From: Trueperaceae bacterium | GTDB taxonomy: Bacteria; Deinococcota; Deinococci; Deinococcales; Trueperaceae | Direction of reading: 5' to 3' | DNA: 64,000 nt | Assembly (NCBI GenBank): GCA_965213705.1 | Contig: OZ243913.1 | Coordinates: forward strand, 2,272,001 to 2,336,000 | In this document: one piece after another, positions 41,741-52,536 of the stretch | Position numbering within the stretch: the stretch's first letter is position 1 | Layout of the letters: each line of letters begins with the position of its first letter | Made by a program: the position numbers and the translations under genes | Notes under the pieces: model-generated | Databases searched by the model: none | Told to the model about the DNA's origin: nothing | Seen by the model: only the letters and a program-made list of their open reading frames with translations

Positions 41741-43221
41741 ATGCCCGACGTGCAAGAAAACGTGGCGCGCTGGCTCAACACCGTCAACAGTGTCGAGGTC
41801 GCCGACAACAACTGGCTCTTTTTCCGCGTTTTAGTGAACTTGGGCCTGGCGCGGGTCGGCGTGCCCCACGACGCGGCGGCGCTGGAGGGTGCGCTTGCGC
41901 GGCTCGAGACCTTTTATCTGGGTGACGGCTGGTACAGCGACGGCCCCAAAGCGCAGCTCGACCACTACGTCGCTTTCGCGCTGCACTACTACGGCCTCGT
42001 TTACGCTACTTTGGCCGCCGACACCGACCCCGAGCGGGCGCAGCGGTTTCGGGACCGTGCCGCTCAGTTCGCCCAAGATTACGTGTACTGGTTCGCCGAG
42101 GACGGGTCCGCGCTGCCTTTCGGCCGCAGCCTCACCTACCGCTTCGCCCAGGGCGCGTTTTGGGGCGCGCTCGCTTTTGCCGGGCTCGAGGCGCTGCCTT
42201 GGGGGGTCGTCAAGGGCCTCACGCTGCGCCACCTGCGCTGGTGGGCGGGACAGCCCATCTTCGGTGCAGGTGGCGTCCTCTCCGTCGGGTACACCTACCC
42301 GAACGGGGCGATGGCCGAGGACTACAGTTCAGTGTCCTCACCGTACTGGGCGCTGAAGACGTTTTTGCCGCTCGCCCTGGACCAGGGCATCCTTTTTGGA
42401 CGGCTGAAGAGGCTCCCTTACCGCCCCTGGAAGCGGTTCGCCCGCAGCCGCAGCCCGGCCTGGTCGTGTGCCGCGACGCCGAGCGCGACCACGTGTTCGC
42501 CCTGAGCGGCCGCCAACACGCGCCCGACTGGCTCAAGCACGGGGCGGCCAAGTACGCCAAGTTCGCTTACTCGGGCGCGTTCGGGTTCAGCGTGCCCAAA
42601 CGGCGCGGCGGGGCGGGTCACACGTTGCGCGCGGGCGCTTTCGACAGCACCCTGGCGCTGAGCCGGGACGGGCGGCTTTACAAAACGCGTGAGCGGCCGG
42701 ACGGGTTCGGGCTCGAGGGCGGGGTCGTCCACACGACCTGGAGCCTGGGGCCGGACGTGCGCGTCGAGACCTGGCTGCTGCCGCTGCTGCCCTGGCACGT
42801 GCGGGTTCACCGGTTGCACACCGACACAAGGCTCTACAGCGCCGAGGGCGGCTTCGCGCTGCCCCGGGCCGGGAACGCGCCGTCCTCTCAGGTTGCCGAG
42901 ACCGGGCAAGCCTTGGCGAGTGCCGGTCAGCGCGCCAGCGGTCTGCGCAGCTTAGGCCCTGACGCGCGGCGCGGCGCAATCGTCGAGGTCGAACCCGAGA
43001 CCAACATCCTCCATCCTCGTACCGTCGTTCCTACCCTAAAGGCCGGTCACGAGCCCGGCGAACACTGGTTGGCGTGCGCGGTGCTCGGCTTGCCCGGCGT
43101 CGACGCGACCGAGTTGCAGCGTTTGTGGCTCGAGCCGCCCGTCTTAAAAAGAGTGGCCGGCGGCCTGGCTTTTTCTTACCGGGGGCGCGTGCTCACGCTT
43201 CCCATTCAGGCGCAAGGTTAG
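41741..43221 (+). pseudogene. DUF2264-family gene, 5'-truncated and frameshifted near 42385
   Basis: Frame 1 carries NNWLFF, GWYSDG, GRSLTYRFA, YWALKTFLPLAL. It continues in another frame as HPFWTAEE, KYAKFAYS, WHVRVHRL. Confidence 0.78.
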
Positions 43222-43523
43222 TGTCTCGAGCCCGAGGTGTCCCGCAAAAGAGGCCCTACTCGTGACACCCTCGCCGCGAGGTCGGCACCGAAAGGTGTCG
43301 GCCTGCGTGTGTGCTAAGATGCTCGGGTTGCCCGGGGCTCGCTGGTCGGACCCTCCGGCGACAGCACCGAATTGTTCGACGGGCACCGTGTAGACTTTTT
43401 CATACCCTCCGAACATGTGGTGCACGACACTAAAGAAGAGGCCGGACGGCCTCTGAGCTTTTCACCCCTCTTTTTCTTCTCCATCCTTGCTCCCAGGGGA
43501 CGTCACTTTAGGTCCGAGGAGGC

Positions 43524-44459
43524 GTGATGGACAGTTTGCTGAAGCCCGTTTTACCGAAAGGCCTGAAGGTCTGTCGGCAGGGCCAAAGCTTAGAAACAGC
43601 CGCTTCAAACGCCGGCGACGTGAGTTTGTTGGCGACGTCGCGGGGGTTGGAGGCGGTCAGGGGAACCCTCAAAAAAGGCTACCGCCTACACATCTACCCT
43701 GCCGAAGACGGTTGTCAACCGACCGAAGTTTATTACCTGCTGCACGGCTCGCTCGGCTTCGACAGTCCCGAAGGTCCGCACGTGCTGGAACCCGGCGCAC
43801 ACCTGGTCGCCCACGGTTTGCAAGAGGCGATGGTGTTCACGGCTCTTACCGACATCGTGTTTCTTTACCTGACTTCCCGACCAAGTTTTCATAAAATCAG
43901 CGCCTCGCTCGAGACCCTCCGCAGCCTGACGGCCAAGCTGGCCTGCAAGGACGCGGGCGAGACCGAGGAACACTGCTCACGAATGCGCCAACTTTCCTAC
44001 GCGACGGGCCGCACGCTGGGCTTGTCGCAACACCGACTCCACCTGCTCGACTACGCCGCCTATTTTCACGACATCGGCAAGATAGAGGTACCCGCTGAAA
44101 TTCTGCAGAAGCCGGACACTTTGACTTCGGCCGAGTGGAACGTCGTCAAGCGGCACCCCGTGTCGGGTCGGGAGTTGTTGGACAACACCTTTATAGAAGA
44201 GGCCAGCGACATCGTCGAACAGCACCACGAACGTCTGGACGGCAGCGGCTATCCCTACGGGTTGACCGCCCCCGACATTTTGTTGGAGGCTTCAATTATC
44301 GCGGTGGCCGACGCTTACGACGCCATGACCTCGAACCGGCCCTACCGCCCCGCCTTGAGCAGAGACGAGGCGCTCCAAGAACTCACGCGCTACGCCGGGC
44401 GGCACTATCCGGAGGAGGTGGTCGACGCCCTACTGACAAACCTGGACGAACTCGTTTAG
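43524..44459 (+). CDS. Cupin-like plus HD-GYP domain protein (putative cyclic-dinucleotide phosphodiesterase)
   Basis: N-terminal EVYYLLHGSL..LEPG (cupin-like); HDIGK, HHERLDGSGYP, VADAYDAMTSNRPYR; AGGAGG RBS. Confidence 0.88.
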   Translation: MMDSLLKPVLPKGLKVCRQGQSLETAASNAGDVSLLATSRGLEAVRGTLKKGYRLHIYPAEDGCQPTEVYYLLHGSLGFDSPEGPHVLEPGAHLVAHGLQEAMVFTALTDIVFLYLTSRPSFHKISASLETLRSLTAKLACKDAGETEEHCSRMRQLSYATGRTLGLSQHRLHLLDYAAYFHDIGKIEVPAEILQKPDTLTSAEWNVVKRHPVSGRELLDNTFIEEASDIVEQHHERLDGSGYPYGLTAPDILLEASIIAVADAYDAMTSNRPYRPALSRDEALQELTRYAGRHYPEEVVDALLTNLDELV

Positions 44460-44496
44460 TACGGGAAGCGGCCCCCAGCCGCAGGAGAGGGAGAAA

Positions 44497-44814
44497 ATGT
44501 CTTACAAGCGCTACTTACAACTCGCCGTTTTACTTGGTTTGCTCGCCCTGGTCGGTTGCAGCGCCGGCGGCAACCTCGCCACCGAAGGTTACAATTCCGA
44601 CGAAGACGTTTACATCGTGTTCAACGGTGAGCACTTCGACGACGCCACCGCACTGTTACCGCACGAGGTCGTCACCGAAGTGACCTTCGAGTTGCAAGAG
44701 GGCACCCACGAAGCGATTACCGACGTGTCGGGTGCCGAGATAAACCACTACTATATCTGGCTGTGTCTGGGCCGAGCCTGTATCCCGGTCGACCCGTTCA
44801 GCTACAACTACTAA
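44497..44814 (+). CDS. Small lipoprotein of unknown function
   Basis: Lipobox LVGC; acidic body; C-terminal HYYIWLCLGRACIPVDPF; purine-rich RBS. Confidence 0.78.
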   Translation: MSYKRYLQLAVLLGLLALVGCSAGGNLATEGYNSDEDVYIVFNGEHFDDATALLPHEVVTEVTFELQEGTHEAITDVSGAEINHYYIWLCLGRACIPVDPFSYNY

Positions 44815-44837
44815 TCCGAGTCGACAAGACCGAGGCA

Positions 44838-44867
44838 AGCGGGACGGCTCGAGCCGTCCCGCTTTTC
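44838..44867 (+). terminator. Intrinsic terminator of the HD-GYP/lipoprotein operon
   Basis: AAGCGGGACGGC-TCGA-GCCGTCCCGCTTTT. Confidence 0.75.
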
Positions 44868-44936
44868 TGCAGGTACAGACTGTGCAGCAAACCCGGTGGA
44901 CAAAAGCGCCCGCCCCTGCTAACATGACCGAGCTGT

Positions 44937-45020
44937 GCCCAGGTGGCGGAATGGTAGACGCAGTAGACTCAAAATCTACCGGGGCAACCTGTGCGGGTTC
45001 GAGTCCCGCCCTGGGCACCA
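44937..45020 (+). tRNA. tRNA-Leu(CAA)
   Basis: GCCCAGG/CCTGGGC acceptor, D-loop GGTAGAC, anticodon loop CTCAAAA, long variable arm, GGTTCGAGTCCC, encoded CCA. Confidence 0.96.
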
Positions 45021-45066
45021 CTTAAAAACGCTCGAGCCCCAACCTTGGGGCTTTTAGGAGACATTC

Positions 45067-45306
45067 ATGACTTTTCTTTTTTGGCCTCTGTTGATTATTT
45101 TTCTTTTGCTCAGCTTGCTGCTCACCGCCGTCATCTTGGCGCAAGAGCCCAAACAGAGCGGCCTGGGCGACGCCCTCGGCGGGGGCGGCGGGGACTTTTC
45201 GACGGCCAGCGGCGGCACGGCGGGCGGTCTGCACCGCACCACCATCGCGCTGGGCATCATTTGGGGCTTGCTCGCTTTGGCACTGGCCGTGGTACCCAGG
45301 GTTTAA
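45067..45306 (+). CDS. secG: Preprotein translocase subunit SecG
   Basis: Two TM helices, ILAQEPKQSGLG..GGG, GLHRTT. Confidence 0.88.
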   Translation: MTFLFWPLLIIFLLLSLLLTAVILAQEPKQSGLGDALGGGGGDFSTASGGTAGGLHRTTIALGIIWGLLALALAVVPRV

Positions 45307-45626
45307 GCAGTTTTTCTTAAACATTCGAGCCGCGCACACGTCGCGGCTTTTTCTTTGGGCGGTACTTCTTTGGGCAGTACAACGGCTTCCAAAGATGTTC
45401 AGGACACATTTTATACTTTAACGTCTCATGAAGATTTTGTTTGACGCTGTTCACCCGAAAATGATACATTTCTCTCAAGTGGGTAAACGCAAACAGCCCA
45501 CACCTCGGAGGTAGGTTCTTAGGTGTTCGGCACTTTCGTAACTGAAGGCCGAAATACCAACGCTTAAGCGCCACTCCCGACGAAAAGCTCTTCTAAGAGC
45601 TATCACGCGTACCTTTAGGAGGTAGC

Positions 45627-47432
45627 ATGAGGAAACTTTTTGTAGGTGTCGCCCTAGCGGCGTTTGTGTCGCTCGGGCTGGCCCAACCCTATGTAGCGCC
45701 TGGCAACTACGCGCCTACAGCCAACCAGGGGGGCGAGATTTCCGAGTACATCTTCGGTGAAATCTCGACGCTGAACCCGGTGCTCATCGGCACAACCACA
45801 GAGGCTTCCATCATCGGTCTGTACAGCGGCCCCGGCATCGTGTATCGCGACTGGCTCGGCACCCGCACGCTAAAAAACGAGGCCGGCGAGTACAACCTGA
45901 ACTGGGCCTCCAACATCGAAGAAGTCGTGCCCGAGCAAGAGTTTATCGTCACTTTGAAAGAGGGCTGGAAGTGGTCGGACGGCACCGAGATGACCGCCGA
46001 CGACGTCCTGGCGGCGGCCACCGTCGTCTCCGACCCCGCTGTCGAATCGAACAGCTACACCAGCTGTGTGCCTGACGAAACCCAGGGTCCCGTCCAGTAC
46101 GAAAAGCTGGGCACTTACCAGTACCGCGCGACGCTGCCCCGCCCGCAAGTCAACGGGGTCCTTTTTGCACAGTGCGGCGGCGTTGTTCCCGCTCACGTTT
46201 TCATGCCGGTCTACGAGGCTGAGGGTGCCGAAGGCGTTCGCGCACTTTGGGGCGTCGACACGCCGCCTTCGGAAATCGTCTCGGGCGGCCCTTACCTGCT
46301 CACCGAATACCGCTCCGGCGAGCGCCTCGTGCTCGAGAAAAACCCGGTTTACGGCGAATTCAACATGGCCGCCGACAACTCGCCCTTGCCCGGCCCCGAC
46401 CGCTGGGTGGTCACCGTCGTGGCGGACCAAAACCAAGTCTTAGCCGCGACCGTCACCGGTCAAAACAGCTTTTACTACCCCACCACGCTCGACCAAGTGC
46501 GCGCCGTGCAAGAAGCCGTACAAGGCGGCTCCGTCGCCGGCACGCTCAACGCCAACTTAGGCCCCGACACCCTGGTCGACTTCATCACCTACAACTTCAA
46601 CAACACCGACGAGTGCAAGCGCGAACTGTTCCGCAACCCCGTCTTTCGCCGCGCCATCGCCGTCATGATAGACCGTGACGCGCTCGTCGAAGCAGCTTTG
46701 GGGGGTCTCGGCTTTCCGGGGGTCGACTACCGTAGCGCCGCGGCTGCTCCCTTCGTTTCCGACAACGCTCCCTTCGAGTATGCGCCGGAGCAGGGCGTCG
46801 AAATGCTCAACTCCATCGGTTATACCGACATGAATTCGGACGGCGTGTTGACCAACCCCGAGACGGGTTGCAGCGTCGCGTTCGAGTTGCAGTTCAACTC
46901 GGGCAACAACCGTCGTAGCCAAGAGGCTTTGGTAATTGCGCAAACCCTCGCGCCCTACGGCGTCGACGTCACCCCGCGCGAAGTCGACAGTGCGACCTGG
47001 TCCGACTCCATCACCGGCTCCGGTGCCGACTACGCAGAAGCCGGTGACCAGCGTAAGGTCGACTACGACGCACAAATCTGGGGACTCGGCAACGCGAGCG
47101 TGGACGACCCGTCGTTTTCCAACGGACTGCGCTTGGGTACGAACCTCAACGCCTGGAACAAGAGCACGACCGACGTAGAGGCTTGGGAGATTTTGCTCGA
47201 GCGCCTCGACAAGCAAATTGAGACGACGCTCGACTTGGACGAGCGCATCGCTCTTTACAAGCAACAGGCCGAGTTGCTGCGCGAGTACCTGCCGATGACG
47301 CCGCTCATCAGCCCCGCGTTTCACCTCTACACCAACATGGGCAACATTTGGCCGGTGGACAAACTCAACGCCACGAGCGCTGAAAGCCCGTACCGTCCCG
47401 GCAACTTCCGCGACAACCTGACCGCTCCCTAA
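45627..47432 (+). CDS. Peptide/nickel ABC substrate-binding protein (family 5)
   Basis: Signal peptide; KWSDGTEMTADDV, GPY, FRRAIAVMIDR. Confidence 0.9.
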   Translation: MRKLFVGVALAAFVSLGLAQPYVAPGNYAPTANQGGEISEYIFGEISTLNPVLIGTTTEASIIGLYSGPGIVYRDWLGTRTLKNEAGEYNLNWASNIEEVVPEQEFIVTLKEGWKWSDGTEMTADDVLAAATVVSDPAVESNSYTSCVPDETQGPVQYEKLGTYQYRATLPRPQVNGVLFAQCGGVVPAHVFMPVYEAEGAEGVRALWGVDTPPSEIVSGGPYLLTEYRSGERLVLEKNPVYGEFNMAADNSPLPGPDRWVVTVVADQNQVLAATVTGQNSFYYPTTLDQVRAVQEAVQGGSVAGTLNANLGPDTLVDFITYNFNNTDECKRELFRNPVFRRAIAVMIDRDALVEAALGGLGFPGVDYRSAAAAPFVSDNAPFEYAPEQGVEMLNSIGYTDMNSDGVLTNPETGCSVAFELQFNSGNNRRSQEALVIAQTLAPYGVDVTPREVDSATWSDSITGSGADYAEAGDQRKVDYDAQIWGLGNASVDDPSFSNGLRLGTNLNAWNKSTTDVEAWEILLERLDKQIETTLDLDERIALYKQQAELLREYLPMTPLISPAFHLYTNMGNIWPVDKLNATSAESPYRPGNFRDNLTAP

Positions 47433-47550
47433 GGGCGAGCTTCGACTTGTGTGGACCCTTTCGGGGTCCACACCCACTTATTTAGTACCTGTATATGCCC
47501 GAGGACTTTATGAAAACAACTATCCCACAACCTTCAAGTGAGGTTCCGGT

Positions 47551-48531
47551 ATGAGGGGCTTTTTGTTGAGGAGGTTTATCAACCTTCTCCCGACTTTTTT
47601 TCTGGCGACGTTGCTGGCTTGGATCATCATCGATATCGCGCCGGGCGACTTCGCGTCACAGTTTGCCTTCGACCAGGTAGACACCAACAAAGAAATGCGC
47701 ATCCGCGAGCTTTTGGGTTTGGGCCAGCCCTGGTACGTGAGGTATTTTAAGTGGCTCGAGAACTTGGTTCTTCACGGCGACTTCGGGACCAGCTTGGTGA
47801 GCAAGGGCAGCGTGACCGCCCGCGTCATTCCGCGCATGATTAACAGCATGATTTTGGCGTTGCCGGCGCTCATCCTCGTCTTCGCTATTTCCATACCGAT
47901 AGGGGTGTATTCGGCGCTGCGAAAATATTCGCTGGCCGACCGGGGACTTACCATCTTCAGTCTTATCGGCTTGGCCGTGCCCAACTTTTTTTTGGCGCTG
48001 ATTTTACTTGCTTTGATCGTCCAGTGGTTTCAGTCGTACGGCTGGTTCATTTTGCCGACCGGTGGCATGACGAGCACCAACTACGCGCAGCTCAGCCCCG
48101 TGGGCAAGGTTTTGGACATTCTTTGGCACTCTATTTTCCCCTGGTTCGTTATCGTCTTGTCCGGTCTGGCGGGGACCACGCGCATCATGCGCGGCCAGAT
48201 GCTCGAGACCTTTTCGCAAGACTATGTGCGCACCGCCAGGGCCAAAGGGCTGGCTGAAAATACCGTGACCTACAAACACACCTTGCGCAACGCCGTTTTG
48301 CCCATCATCGCCACCATCGGCTCGGCCTTTACCGGGGTATTGCTCGGCGCTGGCACGGTCGAGTTCGTCACGGGTTGGCCGGGGTTGACGCCGCTCTTCA
48401 TCAGCTCTGTTTTTTCGCAGGACGTTTACGTCCTGATGGCTATTCTTACCATCGCCACGCTTCTTCTTATGCTCGGCAACCTTATCTCGGACGTGTTGCT
48501 GGCGGTCGTCGACCCGAGAATCAGGTACTGA
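47551..48531 (+). CDS. Peptide ABC permease (OppB/DppB-like)
   Basis: DYVRTARAKGL, HTLRNA, DPRIRY. Confidence 0.92.
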   Translation: MRGFLLRRFINLLPTFFLATLLAWIIIDIAPGDFASQFAFDQVDTNKEMRIRELLGLGQPWYVRYFKWLENLVLHGDFGTSLVSKGSVTARVIPRMINSMILALPALILVFAISIPIGVYSALRKYSLADRGLTIFSLIGLAVPNFFLALILLALIVQWFQSYGWFILPTGGMTSTNYAQLSPVGKVLDILWHSIFPWFVIVLSGLAGTTRIMRGQMLETFSQDYVRTARAKGLAENTVTYKHTLRNAVLPIIATIGSAFTGVLLGAGTVEFVTGWPGLTPLFISSVFSQDVYVLMAILTIATLLLMLGNLISDVLLAVVDPRIRY

Positions 48532-49730
48532 TGGCCGTCAAGCAAAAAAACGTCAAGCTGGACAAACCCGCGCAATCGGCTCAGCCGCGTAGCGCCAGCC
48601 TCTACTCGCTGGCTTGGCGGCAGTTTCTTCGGCACCCGTTGGCGAAAGTAGCCTTGGGCGTTTTGGCCGTCTTGTACTTTTTCGCCGCCTTTGCGGACTT
48701 TTTCGCGCCCTACCCGGAAAGCTTCGGCGACGCCAGCAAAACCTTTGCGCCGCCCATGCAGGTTCATTTCCGAAACGCCGACGGAGAATTTGTTCGTCCC
48801 TTTGTCTACGGACAAGTCAAAACGCTCAACTTAGAAACGTTTAAAAACGATTGGGCGGCGGACACGTCCAAGGTCTACCCGGTAGAACTTTTTGTGCGCA
48901 GCAGCAACCCGCGCGACCGCTACGTGCCTTTTCCGGTCAACCTTATCCCCATCACCGTGCGTGACAGCCTCGGCATCAGGCCCTGGGCGACGCTGCGGCT
49001 TTTCGGCGTCGAGTCGCCGGGCAGGCTGTACCTGTGGGGTTCGGACGATGTCGGCGGCGACGTGTTCAGCCGTATTCTTTTCGGGGGCCGTATCAGTTTG
49101 ACCATCGGGATTTTGGCGAGTGCCGTCGCTATCGTTCTCGGCATTCTTTTCGGCGGTGTGGCGGGCTTTTACGGCGGTTGGATAGACGAACTCATCTTGC
49201 GCTTTGACGAGGCTTTGTCCGCCATTCCGGCCATTTTCTTGCTGCTTTCTTTGGCAGCCATTTTCTATCCTCTCGATTGGCCGCCCAGTTACGTGTTTAC
49301 GGCCGTCGTCATCGCGCTGGCGCTCATCAGTTGGGGAGGCATCGCCCGCTCGGTGAGAAGCATTATTTTCTCAGCTCGAGAACAGGAATACGCCTTTGCC
49401 GCCAAAGCCCTGGGCGCTGGCAACGGACGCATCATCTTCAAACACCTGGTACCCCAAACTTTGTCTTACCTCGTTGTGGTCGTAAGTTTGCTCATTCCAG
49501 GCTTCATCCTCACCGAAGCGGTGCTCAGCTTTTACGGACTCGGAATTCAGCGGCCCGCGACGAGCTGGGGGCTTATGCTCGCCTCGGCACAAGCTTTCAC
49601 GGGCGTGTCAGGCCTGTCCGAGCGCTGGTGGATTTACCTGCCGGGTTTGTTTATCTTTATTTCGGTGCTGGCCTGGAACCTGCTCGGCGACGGACTGCGC
49701 GACGCCTTTGACCCGCGGAGTCGAGATTGA
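48531..49730 (+). CDS. Peptide ABC permease (OppC/DppC-like)
   Basis: ATG overlaps the previous TGA; DVFSRILFGGRISL, NLLGDGLRDAFDP. Confidence 0.92.
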   Translation: MAVKQKNVKLDKPAQSAQPRSASLYSLAWRQFLRHPLAKVALGVLAVLYFFAAFADFFAPYPESFGDASKTFAPPMQVHFRNADGEFVRPFVYGQVKTLNLETFKNDWAADTSKVYPVELFVRSSNPRDRYVPFPVNLIPITVRDSLGIRPWATLRLFGVESPGRLYLWGSDDVGGDVFSRILFGGRISLTIGILASAVAIVLGILFGGVAGFYGGWIDELILRFDEALSAIPAIFLLLSLAAIFYPLDWPPSYVFTAVVIALALISWGGIARSVRSIIFSAREQEYAFAAKALGAGNGRIIFKHLVPQTLSYLVVVVSLLIPGFILTEAVLSFYGLGIQRPATSWGLMLASAQAFTGVSGLSERWWIYLPGLFIFISVLAWNLLGDGLRDAFDPRSRD

Positions 49731-49872
49731 GCGGCGGGACGGTAATTTTATTCGGCCCGGCACCTCGGCCCGGCCGCGTGTAGAGTGGTACCCTGCGGCG
49801 CCAGCTTTACTCTTTACGCTTTGGAAATAAAGTAAGGTACACTATCCTTAACTGAGACAAGGAGCCCCCCCT

Positions 49873-50886
49873 ATGGCTAAGTCCGAGCGGCTTTTAACAG
49901 TCAACAACCTGCAAACCTACTTCGACACCGACGAGGGCACGGTCAAGGCCGTCGACGGCGTGACGTTTCACTTGGACAAAGGTGAAACGTTGGCGGTCGT
50001 CGGCGAGTCCGGCTCGGGCAAGTCGGTCACGAGTTTGTCCGTGATGCGGCTTATCGCCACGCCGCCGGGCAGAATCGCGGGCGGCGAGATTATCTTCAAC
50101 GGCCAAAACCTCTTGAACAAGAGCGAGCGCGAGATGCGCAAAATCCGTGGCAACGACATCTCGATGATTTTCCAGGAGCCGATGACGAGCCTCAACCCGG
50201 TTTATACCGTGGGCGACCAAATCGCCGAGGCCATCGTGCTGCACCAGGGCAAAAGCTACAAGCAAGCCATGAAGATGTCGGCCGAAATGTTGGAACTTGT
50301 CGGTATTCCCGAACCCGAAAAGCGCGTCAAAAACTATCCGCACCAGATGTCGGGTGGGATGCGGCAGCGCGTCATGATTGCGATGGCGCTCAGTTGCGGG
50401 CCGCAACTCCTCATCGCCGACGAGCCGACGACGGCCCTGGACGTGACGATTCAAGCGCAGATTCTGGACCTGATGCGCAAGCTTCAAAAAGAAATCGGCA
50501 TGTCTATTTTGTTCATCACCCACGACTTGGGCGTGGTCGCCGAAATCGCCGACCGCGTGGTGGTGATGTACGCGGGCAAGGCGGTCGAGGAGGCGCAGTC
50601 GCGCGCGATTTTCGCCGACCCGCTCATGCCCTACACGATGGGTTTGCTGAATTCAATCCCGCGCGTCGACAAGGCGGCCGAGCACCAAGACCGTCTGGAA
50701 GCCATTCCCGGCAACGTGCCCAACCCGCTCTACCTGCCCGAAGGCTGCGACTTTCACCCCCGGTGCCGCTTTATGATTGAAGAGTGCAAGGCGGGCGTGC
50801 CGCCGTTAATCGACTCGGGCGGCGGTCACACGGTGCGCTGCATCCGCTGGGACGAAATCGCAGCCGAGCGAAAGGCGGTGGCTTAA
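49873..50886 (+). CDS. Peptide ABC ATPase (OppD/DppD-like)
   Basis: [30 protein letters not shown]. Confidence 0.94.
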   Translation: MAKSERLLTVNNLQTYFDTDEGTVKAVDGVTFHLDKGETLAVVGESGSGKSVTSLSVMRLIATPPGRIAGGEIIFNGQNLLNKSEREMRKIRGNDISMIFQEPMTSLNPVYTVGDQIAEAIVLHQGKSYKQAMKMSAEMLELVGIPEPEKRVKNYPHQMSGGMRQRVMIAMALSCGPQLLIADEPTTALDVTIQAQILDLMRKLQKEIGMSILFITHDLGVVAEIADRVVVMYAGKAVEEAQSRAIFADPLMPYTMGLLNSIPRVDKAAEHQDRLEAIPGNVPNPLYLPEGCDFHPRCRFMIEECKAGVPPLIDSGGGHTVRCIRWDEIAAERKAVA

Positions 50887-50887
50887 A

Positions 50888-51907
50888 ATGGCCGACGTAC
50901 AAGTTGAGCCGCGCACCAAAACGCAAATGACGACCGACCGGGGCGAGTACTTGCTCGAGGTCCGCAACCTGCGCAAGTATTTTCCCATCCGTGGCGGCGT
51001 TTTGTCGCGCGTGGTCGCCAACGTCAAGGCGGTCGAAGAGGTCTCGTTCAACGTCAAGCCGGGCGAGGTCGTCGGTTTGGTCGGCGAGTCGGGCTCGGGC
51101 AAGACGACGGCCGGACGCGCCATCCTGCGGCTTATCGAGCCGTCGGGCGGTGAGGTCGTTTTCAACGGCACCGACGTGACCAAACTGTCCAAGTCGCAGA
51201 TGCGCGAGTACCGCAAAGAGATGCAAATCATTTTCCAAGACCCGTTCGCGTCGTTGAACCCGCGCATGACGGTCGGCGACATCATCGGCGAGGCGTTTAC
51301 GATTCACAAGTTGGCGCGGGGCCGCGAAAAAGAAGAGCGGGTGGCGAGTCTGTTGGAAAAAGTCGGGCTGTCGCCGTCGCACATGCGCCGTTACCCGCAC
51401 GAGTTTTCGGGCGGCCAGCGACAGCGCATCGGCATCGCTCGAGCCCTGGCGGTCGACCCGCAGTTCATCGTCGCCGACGAGCCGGTGTCGGCGCTCGACG
51501 TGTCGATTCAGGCACAGGTCGTCAACTTGTTGCAAGACCTCAAGGAAGAACTCGGGCTGACGCTGCTCTTTATCGCGCACGACCTGTCCGTCGTCGAGTA
51601 CATCTCGGACAAGGTCGTGGTGATGTACTTGGGCCGCGTCATGGAAATCGCCCCGGCGCAAGAACTGTACGCCAACCCGGTGCACCCCTACACCGAAGCG
51701 CTGCTCTCGGCGGTGCCCATTCCCGACCCGACGGTCAAGCGCAACCGCGTGATTTTGCAGGGCGACATTCCCAGCCCCATCAACCCGCCGTCGGGCTGCG
51801 TGTTCCGCACGAGGTGCCCGCTCGCCGTCGACGAGTGCGCCAAGGTCGTGCCGCCCCTGGAAGAAGTTTCGCCGGGGCACTTCAAAGCGTGTATCCGCCG
51901 ACCCTAG
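50888..51907 (+). CDS. Peptide ABC ATPase (OppF/DppF-like)
   Basis: [31 protein letters not shown]. Confidence 0.94.
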   Translation: MADVQVEPRTKTQMTTDRGEYLLEVRNLRKYFPIRGGVLSRVVANVKAVEEVSFNVKPGEVVGLVGESGSGKTTAGRAILRLIEPSGGEVVFNGTDVTKLSKSQMREYRKEMQIIFQDPFASLNPRMTVGDIIGEAFTIHKLARGREKEERVASLLEKVGLSPSHMRRYPHEFSGGQRQRIGIARALAVDPQFIVADEPVSALDVSIQAQVVNLLQDLKEELGLTLLFIAHDLSVVEYISDKVVVMYLGRVMEIAPAQELYANPVHPYTEALLSAVPIPDPTVKRNRVILQGDIPSPINPPSGCVFRTRCPLAVDECAKVVPPLEEVSPGHFKACIRRP

Positions 51908-51924
51908 CTGTTTAATGAAAGCGC

Positions 51925-51957
51925 TCATTGACTATTAGGTGACCTAATAGTCAATGA
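51925..51957. repeat. Perfect 33-bp AT-rich palindrome
   Basis: TCATTGACTATTAGGT-G-ACCTAATAGTCAATGA. Confidence 0.9.
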
Positions 51958-52095
51958 TTAAGAGTAGAAACTAAATTGTTAGGCGCTTGAATAATTACGG
52001 TGGCTATAGGTAGAAGTATTTGTGATTGCTTCGCAATTGCGCGGAGCAATACTTTTTATGGAGGTTTTCACTAGCCTATACAGTTATAGTTCGAT

Positions 52096-52536
52096 ATGGA
52101 TAAGGTAAAAACATCCGATAAAAAACAAATCTTCAACTTTTTCGAACAATTGGACAGCCGTGAGAGGCGTAGTAAAACGGTATTCTTCAATACACTAAAG
52201 GCTTTTGAAGCTTTAGCAGGTTTAGGGCTTGTTTCATATTTGGTGCAAGCCAGTTTAACTCCTAATTTTGTACAAAGCCCCAATTCAAATTTGTTGTTGA
52301 TTGTAGTTTTGTTGGTGATTCTTACACTTCTTCTTATTTCATCATACATCTTTTTAATTATTTGGTCATTTAAGCAAATCTGGAAGTGTTTGGGATGCCC
52401 AGAGTCACAGCTTAGCCAACCGAAAAACGTTTTTCGGTTAGTAGTGATTCTACTTACAGTGTGTGGAACACTTATTTTGGTCTACAGCAACTTACTCACT
52501 AGCATCATCTACCAGCTTTCCACAATTCTGCCTTAA
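52096..52536 (+). CDS. AT-rich hypothetical membrane protein
   Basis: 146-aa ORF with about three hydrophobic segments in an AT-rich islet. Confidence 0.55.
   Translation: MDKVKTSDKKQIFNFFEQLDSRERRSKTVFFNTLKAFEALAGLGLVSYLVQASLTPNFVQSPNSNLLLIVVLLVILTLLLISSYIFLIIWSFKQIWKCLGCPESQLSQPKNVFRLVVILLTVCGTLILVYSNLLTSIIYQLSTILP

Noticed and set aside
42375..42400. Programmed ribosomal frameshift in DUF2264
   Set aside because: No canonical slippery heptamer with a stimulator at the junction, and the gene is also truncated; decay or sequencing error is simpler.
43280..43303. GAAA-tetraloop hairpin as a c-di-GMP-I riboswitch
   Set aside because: Lacks the GGCAAAC..GACGCAAAG context and lies upstream of the predicted promoter; more likely a terminator-like or REP-like hairpin.
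43500..45020. tRNA-Leu as the integration site of a genomic island
   Set aside because: No integrase and no duplicated tRNA 3' end found; secG follows immediately.
50771..51928. Long antisense ORFs over housekeeping genes (e.g. 385 aa opposite oppF)
   Set aside because: Expected stop-poor shadows in high-GC coding DNA.
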